Below are positions 33,880-36,238 of a stretch of 36,238 bases of DNA, piece after piece. The position numbers and the translations under genes were made by a program. Below the pieces are notes generated by a model that had not been told where the DNA came from, did no database searches, and worked only from the letters and a program-made list of their open reading frames with translations. The stretch is from contig JNET01026143.1 of NCBI GenBank assembly GCA_000697455.1, positions 1 through 36,238 on the forward strand, given 5' to 3'. Origin of the DNA: Basidiobolus heterosporus B8920. Its lineage: Eukaryota. Each line of letters starts with the position of its first letter. The first letter of the stretch is position 1.

Positions 33880-36100
33880 GATAGTACATTGTGGATCCCT
33901 AAGGTGAACTAGGTATGGAAGGGTGGAAGATAGAGTTGAGCCATAAGCTTTTGGGAGGGGAAGATTGATTTTAAGAGTCTTGGTGTTGAAGGACCAAATT
34001 TTGATGAATGTTAGACATTGCTTTCTCTCATCCAAAATTAACTCTTTAGTTTTACTAAGAATATCCTCAACAATTTAGAAGTGCCCAGAATTCTTGACTT
34101 TCTCAAATATGTCCAAATCATCTCTAACTTTGCACACATTCTTCTGGGTCCTAGGGCACATTGAGCAGCATATCTCAAGTAGACAAAAGTGCTATTTTAT
34201 ATCAGGAGTAACCATGGGAATCTTCCAATTGTGTGCAAATCATACAATAAGGCAATGACATATGATTTAGAAGGATTTACCTTAGTGTTGAAGGCTTTCT
34301 CATAAGTAGAGAGAAAGACTTCAGCCCTGGTAAATTTGTGAGATGTGTGTAGAAGCAGTGCCAAACAATTAGCATAGGCATAGAGCATGAGTGTGTCATA
34401 GGAGGATAGAGCAGGAGCCATTATGGTACAAAGAGCAGTCAAGAGAGGCTCAAAGATGAAGTTATAGAGCAGAGCATAGAGCGGGTCTCCTTGGAATCAG
34501 CCTGAAAGTAGTGCAATAGGTGCAGATGACTGATTTCTGATTATTATAGTGACTATGTTAAGCATGAAGAGGATTCTCAGGAAAGTACATAACTGAATAT
34601 CATCACCCATCTTAGTTGGTGCATGTCTGGTAAAAGCATGATGCACTTTGTGATTGGCTTCTGCTGATCAAGGAGGGGAATATGGCCTATTGTGATGTCT
34701 GGTTATCTAATATAGTCCAGATGTTCAAGGTTGTATCCAATGAATAGTCATTGGATTTGAATCCTGTCTGATCCAGGTCATAGATCATGGAGGTCATGCC
34801 TTGCAGATAAGAAGCTGGAATTTTACTGAGGATTTTAGCATTGATCTGAATAAACAAAATAGGCTGCCAGTTGTCCAGACTATCTTGATCATCCTGTTTA
34901 AAGACAAGGACAAGCTAAGTCTTCTGACAAGAAGGAGAAGGGCCACACATGCCCAAAATGATTCAGCCAAAAGGAGCTTGCAGCCTTGACATGAATCATC
35001 TGCCTAGGCCTTTGTAAAAATTATATGTCAGGCTTTTGAGACCAGGGGACTGGTTGTTTGGGAGTATTAGTCTGATATGCTTGTGTTATTCCTTTATGAT
35101 TGATTGTTAGAGGGAAGAATTATCCCATGGAAGTTAGACTTCCATCAAGGGATGAAGAAGGGGGCCACTACTACTTGGTCACTCCATCAAAGGCTGTCTA
35201 AGTTGATGTAATGTTGTTTAGTGGCCTGAAGAATTGCACTTGGTACAATCCATAGTTAGCCTTGTTGATCACAGGCTGTTAATTGAGCATTGACAATGCA
35301 GAGATTTAGATTAGCAAAAGATTTAAGAGAACATTGCTTACTTTTCTCCACTCATTTGGTCTAAGATCTTATCTGAATATTCAGTGGGGTATGAATGATA
35401 TTTATCTGTTGGTTAAGTGTAGCTTTCAGAAAGATAACTTGAAGTATGGAGGTGATGGTTCAGAAGAAAATATATCAGTCATTATAGTGTCATAATGGAT
35501 TCCAGTGTTCTTAGGAGCAATCATAACAGCTCATTAGCTGAACTGATTTATATCTTTTAAGGCTAACTATTGTGTTTAAAAGTATACATATACAAATAGT
35601 ATCAAGTAGGTTTTGATCTAGTGGAGTCTTTTATAAGATTCTTAATGATCTGACTTCAAAGTAGAAGAGACTGATCTGATCTTGGGTAGCAGAAGTAGCC
35701 TACCATCATCTGACTAATGGTGAAGAAATCTAAGTCTGAGCTCTTTTGAGCAAGTAATGTGGTGTTCAAGATAATTCTTGACAAAGTGTATTGTCTGCAA
35801 AAGTAAGGCAAATGGAGTGGAAGTACCAAGAACCCCAGACCTCTTCCATCCTGAGGGAGACTTATACCACTAAACAATTGAGCCAATGTTATTCCAAGTT
35901 GATACATGTCAGGTTAATACTATTCCATCAAAGATTTGGTTGATGGGTTGGTTTGGACTCCTAAATTTGCAAACTACTTGTCCTTACAAATTAGTTGATG
36001 CGATGGATATTGAGTTTACCATGTCACTGGATACTCTCTTTGAAGTGGCCTTATTGTGGATGGATTTAGTTGCTTAGCCATGACATGCTATACAGTATAT
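33880..36100 (-). mobile_element. Degenerate non-LTR retrotransposon (L1/Tx1-like LINE) ORF2 relic; boundaries approximate
   Basis: Ordered minus-strand RT remnants: QSPGLKSLTYNFYK (~35030), LVFKQDDQDSLDNWQPI...AKILSKI...DQTGF (34910-34755), LLDQQK (~34665), QGDPLYALLYNFIFEPLL (~34490-34440), YAYANC for YADD (~34375), KVNPSKS (~34270). Many stops and frameshifts. Possible endonuclease remnants at 35680-35850. Confidence 0.85.
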
Positions 36101-36238
36101 TTGGGAGGAGTACACCATGGGGATCCTTTCGAAATACAAAAGAAGAGTAGGATAGATAGCAAGAACATAGGTAGGAAAGCCTCTTAAAAATACCACAAAA
36201 GTTGTTGTTCAATGCATATATAAGAATGCGGTATAAAC

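Noticed and set aside
1..36238. CRISPR arrays, rRNA, intact tRNA or prokaryotic operons
   Set aside because: None seen. The window is intron-rich eukaryotic DNA and the short tandem repeats lack unique spacers.

Overview
Gene-dense eukaryotic window from a fungus. Short introns, the protein families, a minor-spliceosome intron and CpG-stripped repeats suggest an early-diverging lineage (Zoopagomycota/Mucoromycota; this is inference). I can support 14 protein-coding genes: GT31 glycosyltransferase, Cla4/PAK kinase, cytochrome b5-fused delta-8 sphingolipid desaturase, Sit4/PP6, an 83-aa V-ATPase subunit f/RNASEK homologue absent from the ORF track, a TIGAR-like histidine phosphatase, OCRL/INPP5B, NDUFB3, LTV1, aspartyl aminopeptidase, a chitin-synthase-like protein, proteasome alpha-6, Cdc24 and Pumilio, plus one unknown 256-aa protein (15 CDS in all). 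Both ends are almost CpG-free; the right end holds a decayed LINE and a CpG-decayed tRNA-Lys gene. Top observations: (1) a U12-type AT-AC intron as intron 1 of OCRL; (2) an intact chitin synthase ORF whose QRRRW motif reads QQGRI (candidate pseudo-enzyme or altered-specificity synthase); (3) plant-APUM-like N-terminal motifs in the Pumilio; (4) the tRNA/LINE relic. All gene models were traced by eye with no database searches.
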